64,000 bases of DNA, taken from sequence record NC_041878.1; one strand, given 5' to 3'. The notes beneath the pieces are model-generated. The model made no database searches and was not told the origin of the DNA. It saw only the letters and a program-made list of their open reading frames with translations. Below are positions 8,621 through 17,319 of the stretch, one piece after another. Positions within the stretch are counted from its first letter, which is position 1, and the number at the start of each line of letters is the position of its first letter. Both the position numbers and the translations under genes were made by a program.

Positions 8621-9239
8621 TCAAAATCAGATTGATGAAATTATCAATCGTTATCCTCACGAAACAGTTGCATTCATTAGTGATTATCTAGGCATCAGTC
8701 GAACTACAGTTCAACGTATAGCAAATAATATGAATCTTGTTCGATTACATTTAAACAGTCGCAATCCTAGTATTGAGTTTTTAGCATCATATTATTCGAT
8801 TGATATTTCAGTACTGAAAGAAATTGAAAAAATGGCAGTGTATCGAAAACCATTTCCAGGTACATTACCTGATGCATTAAAGAAAACATTATGGCGAAAA
8901 TTTGGTAAACCAATGACAGAGCATCAATGGAATTCAATAAGCGAATTAACATTAGATGACATACGCCATATAATGATCTATTTCCCATCTCTAACTAATT
9001 CGGCATTAGCAAAAGATTTAAAAATAGACAGAAGTTTAGTTTTGAAAGTTGGAAAACTTTATGATCTAGAGAAACTTCCAAGAGAAGAAATGTTTTGTGA
9101 TAAATGCCGTGTTGAGCATTTACCACCTAGAGAATATAAATCTGGTAATGTATGTAAAAAATGTTGGACAGAACGTATGTCAGAATATCAGTACATTTAT
9201 TATCCAGCTAAACAGGAAGAAAAAAGAAATGCTAAGTAA
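8613..9239 (+). CDS. putative HTH DNA-binding protein with C-terminal Zn ribbon
   Basis: two HTH-like segments (ISDYLGISRTTVQR; LAKDLKIDRSLV) and CDKC...CKKC. Confidence 0.6.
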   Translation: MLNQNQIDEIINRYPHETVAFISDYLGISRTTVQRIANNMNLVRLHLNSRNPSIEFLASYYSIDISVLKEIEKMAVYRKPFPGTLPDALKKTLWRKFGKPMTEHQWNSISELTLDDIRHIMIYFPSLTNSALAKDLKIDRSLVLKVGKLYDLEKLPREEMFCDKCRVEHLPPREYKSGNVCKKCWTERMSEYQYIYYPAKQEEKRNAK

Positions 9240-9486
9240 ACCCTTACAAGACATTATTGATATTTTAAAGAATGGTGGAGAGTCAGATGCTTATATTGAC
9301 ACAGTAACCTTCTTATTCAATCGTATGTTAGAAGATAAAGAAAATGGAACGTTTGAGAGGGATAAGTACATTGAACCTGCTCTTTCTATTCATGTCCGTT
9401 TACGCAATAGACATAAAGAAGATTTTAATGGCTCTCTATTATCATGGTACAGAAGATTCATTGAATTATACGAGGAAAAGAAATGA
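9229..9486 (+). CDS. hypothetical protein
   Basis: ORF coupled to neighbours; start placed at ATG 9229. Confidence 0.65.
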   Translation: MLSKPLQDIIDILKNGGESDAYIDTVTFLFNRMLEDKENGTFERDKYIEPALSIHVRLRNRHKEDFNGSLLSWYRRFIELYEEKK

Positions 9487-9683
9487 GCGAGCCAAAACTT
9501 CATGTAATTGACAAGGAAACCGCAGATATACTTATCAAACGTTCTCTTGACAAAATTCGTGCAGCCCAATTTCAAAAATCGTTACGTGATTTTGAAAATG
9601 AAGTAATTCCATTCTTAGATTCAGTTTCTGAACTGGCAAAAAAGTTTGGAGAAACAAAGAATGACTGGAAGAATAATTATTAA
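9483..9683 (+). CDS. hypothetical protein
   Basis: GAGG RBS, ATGA overlap. Confidence 0.65.
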   Translation: MSEPKLHVIDKETADILIKRSLDKIRAAQFQKSLRDFENEVIPFLDSVSELAKKFGETKNDWKNNY

Positions 9684-9695
9684 CAAGGAAGATAT

Positions 9696-10247
9696 ATGAA
9701 TACTATTATTGTAAATTTAGTGGGCGGGCCATGTTGTGGAAAAAGTACTACAGCAGCAGGTCTATTTGCAAAAATGAAATTGCATAGTAAGCAGAAAGTG
9801 GAAATTGTAACTGAAGTAATCAAAGATTACGTGTACGATGAAAACAAAATGGCGATGCAAGATCAAGTACTAATTACTGCGAACCAAAATCACCGCCTAT
9901 TCCGTTTAAATGGAAAGGTGGATTTTGTTGTATCTGATGCTTCATTATTAAATGGTATTGTCTATAACGAATTTTACGATGATGCAAATAATATCAGTTC
10001 AATTATTGCACATAATTTATATCATCAATATGAAAATGAAGTTTTTTTACTTCCACGTAAGCCAGAATATGATCAATATGGTCGTACTCAAACACTAGAG
10101 GAAGCAAAAGAAATCGACCGATTGTTCGTTGAAAATCTTGATGCATTAAAAATACCTTACATTGATATGCGTCAATATACCCATGAAGAAATGCCTGAAC
10201 GTATTTTAGAAGTACTTTCTGCAAAATATGGGTTCGAAACTCACTAA
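9696..10247 (+). CDS. AAA_28/NadR-like P-loop kinase
   Basis: NLVGGPCCGKST Walker A; GRTQTLEEA motif. Confidence 0.8.
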   Translation: MNTIIVNLVGGPCCGKSTTAAGLFAKMKLHSKQKVEIVTEVIKDYVYDENKMAMQDQVLITANQNHRLFRLNGKVDFVVSDASLLNGIVYNEFYDDANNISSIIAHNLYHQYENEVFLLPRKPEYDQYGRTQTLEEAKEIDRLFVENLDALKIPYIDMRQYTHEEMPERILEVLSAKYGFETH

Positions 10248-10275
10248 AAATGAGTTGAACAAACGTTAATCAAAG

Positions 10276-10323
10276 TACTAAAATCTTGATCTAGATCAAT
10301 ACAAATACCCCTGTATATGGGGT
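10276..10323. promoter_or_regulatory. possible tandem NrdR boxes
   Basis: 16-mers at 10276 (TACTAAAATCTTGATC) and 10308 (CCCCTGTATATGGGGT), 32 bp apart, each missing one key position of the acaCwAtATaTwGtgt consensus. Confidence 0.35.
10286..10299. promoter_or_regulatory. FNR-box-like palindrome upstream of nrdD
   Basis: TTGATCTAGATCAA is a perfect TTGAT-N4-ATCAA, about 42-45 bp upstream of the predicted start defined by TATTAT/TATAAT at 10323-10331. Confidence 0.7.
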
Positions 10324-10379
10324 ATTATAATTTTTAAGTTCGTAAATAAATTCACCTAAAATTAGACATGGAGAGTCGT

Positions 10380-12215
10380 ATGAATAGCGATAGATTGTAC
10401 AGTGATATTAACCAGTTTTTGAACCAAAGCAACAAAGATTTACTGAATGAGAATGCCAATAAAGATGCCAAAATTGTTAATACGCATCGTGATTTATTAG
10501 CAGGTATCCTATCTAAGCATTTTGCCGAAGATATTATTTCAGAAGATTTGATGCAATGGCATAAAAATGGTTATGGTCACATACACGATCTGGATTATTT
10601 TATAAGTCCACTAACTAATTGCTGTTTAGTGAATTACAGGGATATGTTAGAGAATGGATTTAAAATTGGGAATGCACAAGTTGGCACTCCTAATAGTATC
10701 GGAGTTGCAAGTACTGTCCTAACACAAATAGTACTGGCAGTTTCAGCAAGTCAATACGGTGGTCAAACACTTGCACATATTGACTTTGGATTAGAACCAT
10801 ATGTTCAGAAGTCCTACAACAAGCTCCTAGAGCAGCAGAAGGAATTTGACCTACCGGATGAGTACGTTGAAAAAACCCTTCAGAAAGAGGTCTACGACGC
10901 TATGCAAGCGTTATTGTACCAAGTAAACACCATCACTTCCAGCAATGGTCAAACGCCGTTTGTCACTATTACTATGGGATTGAATACTTCAAAATTCGGT
11001 AAAATGATTACGGATTCGTACTTAAAAGTACACGAAAAAGGTTTAGGTGTTGACGGCACTACACCAGTATTTCCTAAAGTTGTGTTCTTCCTAGAAGATG
11101 GCGTGAACATGAAAGAAGAAGATCCTAATTATGATTTGAAAGTGCAGGCAATGCGTACATCAGCTAAACGCATCTATCCTGATTTCGTTTCTGTACCATT
11201 GAATAAGAAAGTAACTGGAAGTACTTCTATTGCAGTTTCTCCTATGGGTTGTCGTTCGTTTTTAGGCAAATGGGAAGATGATGGTATTGAAAAATATGAT
11301 GGTCGATTTAATCTTGGAGTTGTATCAATTAACCTACCACTACTTGCGTTAGAGTCTAAATCTGATGGTGAATTCTTCGGAAAATTAGACTATCACATGT
11401 CAATGGCATATAGAGCACAAATGAATCGTGTTGAACGTTTAAAAAATATGAAAGCTCGTCAAAACCCAACTATGTTTATGGAAGGTGCTATTGCTAGATT
11501 GAAAGCTGATGATACCATTGAAGGTTTATTTTATGATGGTTATGCAAGTATCAGTATTGGGTATGTTGGATTAGCTGAATGTTCTGAAATCATGTTAGGA
11601 CAACTAAGCAAAGACTATTGTAAATCTATCTTGCATTATATGAAATATAAATGTGAGCAATTTAAAGAAGAAAGTAATATAGCATTTAGTTTATATGGAA
11701 CACCAGCAGAAAGTCTATGCTATAAATTTGCACGAGCAATTGAAGAAAAACATCCTAATATTCTAAAACGTGACTTTATTACAAATTCATTCCACCAACC
11801 AGTTTGGGTTGAATCATCACAATTTAAGAAGTTTGATTATGAAGAAAGTTTTGCTTATCTAAGTAATGGTGGAAATATTAGCTATGTAGAGACTCCAAAT
11901 CTTTCAAATAATCTCAAAGCATTGGAAACTCTTATTGACTATGCGTATGATAGAATTCCATATTTTGGGATTAACCAACCAGTAGATAAGTGTTATAAAT
12001 GTGATTTTGAAGGTGAGTTCGCAGTTGATAAAATTGGATTCCATTGTCCACAGTGTGATAATCGCGAAGAAGGAACTATGTCAGTTATCCGTCGAGTATC
12101 AGGATATTTGAGTGCACCTAATAGCAGACCTTTTAATACTGGAAAACAACAAGAAGTTATTCAGAGAATAAAACATGAAGAAGAAAAAGACACAACGAAA
12201 AGAGAGAACGACTGA
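10380..12215 (+). CDS. nrdD: anaerobic ribonucleoside-triphosphate reductase (class III), no ATP-cone
   Basis: HIHDLD, TNCC, PMGCR, CYKC...CPQC zinc site, RRVSGY glycyl-radical motif. Confidence 0.95.
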   Translation: MNSDRLYSDINQFLNQSNKDLLNENANKDAKIVNTHRDLLAGILSKHFAEDIISEDLMQWHKNGYGHIHDLDYFISPLTNCCLVNYRDMLENGFKIGNAQVGTPNSIGVASTVLTQIVLAVSASQYGGQTLAHIDFGLEPYVQKSYNKLLEQQKEFDLPDEYVEKTLQKEVYDAMQALLYQVNTITSSNGQTPFVTITMGLNTSKFGKMITDSYLKVHEKGLGVDGTTPVFPKVVFFLEDGVNMKEEDPNYDLKVQAMRTSAKRIYPDFVSVPLNKKVTGSTSIAVSPMGCRSFLGKWEDDGIEKYDGRFNLGVVSINLPLLALESKSDGEFFGKLDYHMSMAYRAQMNRVERLKNMKARQNPTMFMEGAIARLKADDTIEGLFYDGYASISIGYVGLAECSEIMLGQLSKDYCKSILHYMKYKCEQFKEESNIAFSLYGTPAESLCYKFARAIEEKHPNILKRDFITNSFHQPVWVESSQFKKFDYEESFAYLSNGGNISYVETPNLSNNLKALETLIDYAYDRIPYFGINQPVDKCYKCDFEGEFAVDKIGFHCPQCDNREEGTMSVIRRVSGYLSAPNSRPFNTGKQQEVIQRIKHEEEKDTTKREND

Positions 12216-12621
12216 ATCCTCTTATCGTAGATGGATATTTGACGATCCTAGACCTGGAGAATCCAAGAAACGTGCTAAGACATTTCATCCTAAAGGAAAG
12301 AAAATGACGGTCGATAAGGCTTTCGATATTGTAGTACAAGGATTACTTAATGGTAAAGGGTTACACCCATCATCAAACGAAATTTGGTACGCTGAGAAAA
12401 TTGCAATAGAATGTAATCTACGAGTTGATACAGTTCGTCAAGTACTACACAGATTGAATCTTGAAGGTTGCTGTTCTAAACGGATTATCTGGTACAGTGC
12501 AGGTGGTCATTGGGGTGGGTGTATGCATACCCGCCTTGATTATATGGATCAAGTTGTAATGTGGGAAGCAAAACAGTACCATGTTTACATGGATAAACTT
12601 ACTGAAAAGTACGGGAAATAA
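12175..12621 (+). CDS. hypothetical protein with winged-helix-like segment
   Basis: YAEKIAIECNLRVDTVRQVLHRL HTH-like pattern. Confidence 0.6.
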   Translation: MKKKKTQRKERTTESSYRRWIFDDPRPGESKKRAKTFHPKGKKMTVDKAFDIVVQGLLNGKGLHPSSNEIWYAEKIAIECNLRVDTVRQVLHRLNLEGCCSKRIIWYSAGGHWGGCMHTRLDYMDQVVMWEAKQYHVYMDKLTEKYGK

Positions 12622-12627
12622 ACCAAT

Positions 12628-13074
12628 ATGATACACGATAAAGTTAATGTTAATTGGAATAATGTTTTCAAATCATCAGAACTGTTAGGCTATCTTCCAG
12701 TATTTGATGAAGATTTCAATGCTATTTCATATTATTCTTGTGAAAACTTACATCCAGATTCTGAATTCAAACGGGTAGTTCCATGTTATCATTATAATGT
12801 CAGTGATGATTGGCAGACAGATGTAGAAAGATTTTTTATGCAAGAAACATTACATAAAAAAGCACGAGAAGATCAAGTACTGCGACATGAAGTTTATCGT
12901 GATGATTACATTAAAAATTTCAATGAAAATAAATTTGTTGTTATTTTTGTTGGTTGTGATGATGGTGATAAGATTATGCGTTTTAAAGATCGTAATCATG
13001 CCATTGAATTTCTTGAAAGCATCTCATACTACGATGAAATTTATGATACAAATGAAATGCTTATGAACTATTAA
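12628..13074 (+). CDS. hypothetical protein
   Basis: 148-aa ORF in operon context. Confidence 0.7.
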   Translation: MIHDKVNVNWNNVFKSSELLGYLPVFDEDFNAISYYSCENLHPDSEFKRVVPCYHYNVSDDWQTDVERFFMQETLHKKAREDQVLRHEVYRDDYIKNFNENKFVVIFVGCDDGDKIMRFKDRNHAIEFLESISYYDEIYDTNEMLMNY

Positions 13075-13119
13075 AGGTATTATAATAGTTAAATAATTAT
13101 TTAATTTGGAGATTATATC

Positions 13120-13884
13120 ATGTTACCGTTCAGTCCTTTGATTGTTTATGGAAATAAAATAGCACCTTATCAGATATTATATGAAATGAAACAAACTGCT
13201 GCTACACAAACGTTAAGTTATACAATAACGGAAGATGTTAAAATTGTCCATGTTTGTATTGTAGGACATGGTGCGGCATCAGGTGGTGGTCTATCTTATA
13301 GAAACAATATACCAGTTCAAGTAGGAGATGTATTCACCATAAACTTCAGTGCTACTGGTGCAAATTCAGTTTATAAAAATGGTTCTGAACTAATATGTGT
13401 TGCGAATAGTGGATCACTGTGGTCAGGAAGCAGCAACATTGCCTATGGCGGTAATGGTGGTAAAAATGCTAACATTATTAATGATGGTGGTGGTAACGGT
13501 GGTACAGCCACACAAGGTGGTAGTCGAAATTCAATAAAAGTACTTGGTGGTGCTGGTGGATATTCAGGTTCTGGTGGTAATGGTGATTTAGGATCAACTC
13601 AAAAGAATTGGTACGGTGCACCAGATCCAAATTCAGGTGCGGGGGCTGGGGGTGTACGTAGATTTTCATCATCTGGCGGTCAGGCACTTGGCGGGAATGT
13701 TGGTCTTCGTGGAAAAACAAATACTCCTACAGGAAGCTCATCTGCATCAGCAGATGTTACATATAATGGTGAAAATGGTTCTGTATCAGGAGGCATTCTT
13801 TGTGGTGGTGGTGTAAACTCAACGACTTCAAATTTCAATGCAGGAGTAGTTATACAAACTGGTAAAAATAGTGAATACAAATGA
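13120..13884 (+). CDS. glycine-rich, probably virion-associated protein
   Basis: GGAG RBS, many GGxGG motifs, TAAATA at 13090. Confidence 0.7.
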   Translation: MLPFSPLIVYGNKIAPYQILYEMKQTAATQTLSYTITEDVKIVHVCIVGHGAASGGGLSYRNNIPVQVGDVFTINFSATGANSVYKNGSELICVANSGSLWSGSSNIAYGGNGGKNANIINDGGGNGGTATQGGSRNSIKVLGGAGGYSGSGGNGDLGSTQKNWYGAPDPNSGAGAGGVRRFSSSGGQALGGNVGLRGKTNTPTGSSSASADVTYNGENGSVSGGILCGGGVNSTTSNFNAGVVIQTGKNSEYK

Positions 13885-14354
13885 ATTATCAAACAATAGT
13901 CAAAGATGACTTAGTAAATGGAACTGGTGTTAGAGTCAGTTTATATGTATCTGGATGTAGTCATGGATGCGATGGTTGTTTTAATGAATCAGCGTGGGAT
14001 TACAGATCAGGTACACCATTTTGTGAAGAACAAATCAATATTATTCGTACTGAATTATCTAAGTCATATGTTGAAGGATTAACACTACTTGGTGGTGATC
14101 CTCTTATGCCTAAGAATATCAGTACTGTTATTGAATTATGCAAAATGGTGAAAGAAGAATTTCCTAATAAAAATATTTGGTGCTGGACAGGATATACATT
14201 AGAAGAAGTGCAAGAGAATCATGCTCATGATATTTTGCAATACGTTGATGTACTAGTTGATGGGAAGTTTGTAGAAGAATTAAAGAATCTAAAACTCCCA
14301 TTCAGAGGTTCAGAAAACCAGAGAGTACTGTTTAAGGGTAAAGATTATGACTGA
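13881..14354 (+). CDS. nrdG: anaerobic RNR activating enzyme (radical SAM)
   Basis: NGTGVRVSLYVSGCSHGCDGCFN (CxxxCxxC), GLTLLGGDP, FRGSENQR. Confidence 0.95.
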   Translation: MNYQTIVKDDLVNGTGVRVSLYVSGCSHGCDGCFNESAWDYRSGTPFCEEQINIIRTELSKSYVEGLTLLGGDPLMPKNISTVIELCKMVKEEFPNKNIWCWTGYTLEEVQENHAHDILQYVDVLVDGKFVEELKNLKLPFRGSENQRVLFKGKDYD

Positions 14355-14523
14355 CAAAGTTATATATGAAAAGAAATTCAATGGGAATGGAATTGAAGAC
14401 TTAGACCCATTTGATATTCTGTACAGTGATGATATTGTCACTGATGCATTTGGGGATGCACACGGTACATTCACTGTCACTGTAACATATACTCCACCAG
14501 AATACGATGTTGATGAAGAATAA
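14347..14523 (+). CDS. small acidic hypothetical protein (not in ORF track)
   Basis: 58-aa ORF MTDKVIYEKKFNGNG...PEYDVDEE overlapping the nrdG stop, ending just before a terminator. Confidence 0.6.
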   Translation: MTDKVIYEKKFNGNGIEDLDPFDILYSDDIVTDAFGDAHGTFTVTVTYTPPEYDVDEE

Positions 14524-14546
14524 GCACCTGCAAGGGTGCTTTTTTT
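14522..14546 (+). terminator. intrinsic terminator
   Basis: AAGCACCT-GCAA-GGGTGCTT plus T run. Confidence 0.85.
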
Positions 14547-14558
14547 GTTTATACCCCC

Positions 14559-14566
14559 AATAAATA
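14559..14566 (+). promoter_or_regulatory. T4-type late promoter
   Basis: AATAAATA between the terminator and the structural gene cluster. Confidence 0.6.
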
Positions 14567-14601
14567 CAACAATGATTATCTAAATTTTATAGGGATAGAT
14601 T

Positions 14602-17310
14602 ATGGCAAAACAAGTAAAAGGTACGTTGGATGTAGCCCGATACGCCACTTCTCAAGGACGAAATCTTGCACGGTCAGTGAGTGATTTGAACTTTGATACA
14701 AATGGTAATTTGGTCATTGATGCGTACACGACTGAAGAATTCAACAAAATTATTAGTGTACTACCAATTTCACACTATGGTTCATTTAACTACTTACCTG
14801 CGGGTGTGTATGGTTCATATGAAGGTGCGAGTGATGTTCCTGGTTATCGTTATCGTAAAATATTTGTAGAAGATAGCGGTACATTAACAATTCTACGTTC
14901 AGGCACTAACGGTGCTAAGCGTGGATTGTATTATTCATTTTTGGATAATATATTAACGACAACAAACTTAAACACAGCTATTAACACTAATAAAGAGTAC
15001 AAGCCAGGATATTTTGGTAGTTCTTATACTGCTAAAATGGCGTATGCCAGTGATGCTAGAATATGTGCAGGTATTGCACTTAATGCGTCAGGTGATGCAT
15101 ATACATTTATTTCATGGATGAATAATACATTAAACGATACCCAACACGTAGGTTCAATTGTACCAGCAAGTACTATACAACCTAATGGTGGAACAATGCG
15201 TTTCGTAATGACAGGAAATACTGAGATTTACTTCTTCAATGAAGTCAGTAATGGTAATGAATTGGTAATTGAATTACGTTCTGTTCCAATTTCTCAAGTC
15301 CGTGCATCTGCTACAACTTTAACTGTAACTGAATATGCCAACTGGACAACAAATGGTTTTTATGGTGAAGCTATCGCCAACCGAAATATAGTACTTAACA
15401 AGATGAAATTTAGTTCTAATGCTGCCGATAAACCATATATGTTAACTCCATCAACAACTACAAGCACTGAACCATATATGACAGGTGTGGATTTGTATGC
15501 TGCACAAAATGCTTCTGGTACAATTCGATTGCGTGTTGTTGGAGATGCGTGGTGTACAACTGTGTCAAGAAATACACGACCTAAACATAGCTATAGTTTT
15601 TTACTAAACCCTAGTACTAAAGTGGCTACATTAGAAGCCGGAAATACAGCCCCATTAACAATTACAGATCCTGGTTCTGGCACTGCATTAAACGTTGCTG
15701 GAAATACTTATACAGCAGACCCTATATTAACATATAATGGAAATAGAGTAAACCAAATAATGGGATATTACTATTTTGATAATGGAACCATTATCGCAAT
15801 TGCTACTGAAAACTTAGGAAGTGCTCCGACAAAAATTGAACGTGCTCAATATCCAAATGCAACTTCAATTTTTGATACATTACAAGTTCGTAATCATACA
15901 AGTACCAACTGGATTACTGGTTCAATGAATACTGCATTTGGTTCACCAGTAGGTTCTGAAGTTATGAGTTTTGAATGGCTACCTAATAATAGATACAAGG
16001 TTGGTTCAACGATTACTGGAAATGTTTTCAGACAATCTGTTAATCAATATAAACCAAATCCAACATATACATTTGGATCAGTATCTATGGGTACAATCAA
16101 AGGATTTGAACCAACTACAAACCGTTATGCAACAGCATGGAATGTTAACTATAACATTTTCATTAACTACATAAATGGTACGAATGTTACTACTAATGGT
16201 GGAATTTTCATTGAAAATATTCGTCAAAGTACTGCTGTAAGTTATAATGAAGATATGATTGGTACAGGTTCAATGAGTATTAACAATACTCTTTTAACAA
16301 ACTTAAAAAACCAACAACTGGCTAATGCAACATATCCAGTCGATACTTCGAATACGTCAGTACTTACACTATTTGTTCCACAACAAACAGACTGTCCTGC
16401 ATTTGCATTAATTAGTGGAGTTACTACATCATTAACAAACTATCTAAAAATTGTTGAAGTAAATGTTAACACCAGAACTGGTGCTATTACCACATTAACT
16501 TTCAAGAGACTTGTATATGAAGGTGCTGGTGATTATGGTGGAATAGCTTCACCTGCAACTTATGGTATAACTTATGCTTCAGTTGGTATTTCAATTTATG
16601 ACGCTGGTACATTTTATGTCATAGGTGGTGCTGACCCATATATCTATAAAACACAAGGTGACACTAATAGTGTTACATGGAGAGCAAAGGTAACTAAAAG
16701 TACTGGTCAAATAGATCATTTCGAAGTTATGGGTAGATACCAAACACATACACCAAGTGATACACAATTACCTTATGCAGTTCCTGGGGTGGGATTCGGT
16801 TATATTGATTTCGAAAGAAACGCTGCTGATGACCGTGTTCGTATTATTTTCCAACCTACCGGAACAACATTAGCACAATATAATGCATGGGCTGCTGTAG
16901 GAAGTCCAATTCTACTAGCATCACAGGATGTGGCTCAAGGATTTATTATATACTTCACTGAAAATACTTCAGTACTGTTGAGTGGTAAATCATTTACCAT
17001 GCCAATTCAAAACATAAACTTAGCAAACGTTAAGGCAAACCCTGCTAACAGCACATTCCACATTTATGTAACTATGGAAGAAGGTCTTGCCAAGTACTTA
17101 GCTACTGAACAGGTTATTGCAGAAACTGGTACAACAGCGTATAATACATTCTGGATTGGAACTGTAACTACAAATGCTAACCAAATAGAAACAATTAATA
17201 TTTTTAAACGCAGCCGATTAGATGTATTTGGTGCATCACTAGAAGCAGCAGGTTCTTCATTCCCTGTGAGTTATGGATTACCATCTGCAAGCGGTATTAT
17301 TAACTGGTAA
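14602..17310 (+). CDS. large virion structural/fibre-like protein, paralogue 1
   Basis: 902 aa, Thr/Ser/Asn/Gly-rich; shares N- and C-terminal blocks with the next two genes. Confidence 0.75.
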   Translation: MAKQVKGTLDVARYATSQGRNLARSVSDLNFDTNGNLVIDAYTTEEFNKIISVLPISHYGSFNYLPAGVYGSYEGASDVPGYRYRKIFVEDSGTLTILRSGTNGAKRGLYYSFLDNILTTTNLNTAINTNKEYKPGYFGSSYTAKMAYASDARICAGIALNASGDAYTFISWMNNTLNDTQHVGSIVPASTIQPNGGTMRFVMTGNTEIYFFNEVSNGNELVIELRSVPISQVRASATTLTVTEYANWTTNGFYGEAIANRNIVLNKMKFSSNAADKPYMLTPSTTTSTEPYMTGVDLYAAQNASGTIRLRVVGDAWCTTVSRNTRPKHSYSFLLNPSTKVATLEAGNTAPLTITDPGSGTALNVAGNTYTADPILTYNGNRVNQIMGYYYFDNGTIIAIATENLGSAPTKIERAQYPNATSIFDTLQVRNHTSTNWITGSMNTAFGSPVGSEVMSFEWLPNNRYKVGSTITGNVFRQSVNQYKPNPTYTFGSVSMGTIKGFEPTTNRYATAWNVNYNIFINYINGTNVTTNGGIFIENIRQSTAVSYNEDMIGTGSMSINNTLLTNLKNQQLANATYPVDTSNTSVLTLFVPQQTDCPAFALISGVTTSLTNYLKIVEVNVNTRTGAITTLTFKRLVYEGAGDYGGIASPATYGITYASVGISIYDAGTFYVIGGADPYIYKTQGDTNSVTWRAKVTKSTGQIDHFEVMGRYQTHTPSDTQLPYAVPGVGFGYIDFERNAADDRVRIIFQPTGTTLAQYNAWAAVGSPILLASQDVAQGFIIYFTENTSVLLSGKSFTMPIQNINLANVKANPANSTFHIYVTMEEGLAKYLATEQVIAETGTTAYNTFWIGTVTTNANQIETINIFKRSRLDVFGASLEAAGSSFPVSYGLPSASGIINW

Positions 17311-17319
17311 GGAAATCAA

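Noticed and set aside
10380-12215. Intron or intein in nrdD
   Set aside because: The ORF is continuous at about 610 aa with all motifs in normal order and no intein termini.
13120-13884. GGT-rich stretches as a DNA tandem repeat
   Set aside because: Explained by glycine codons; no fixed-period nucleotide repeat.
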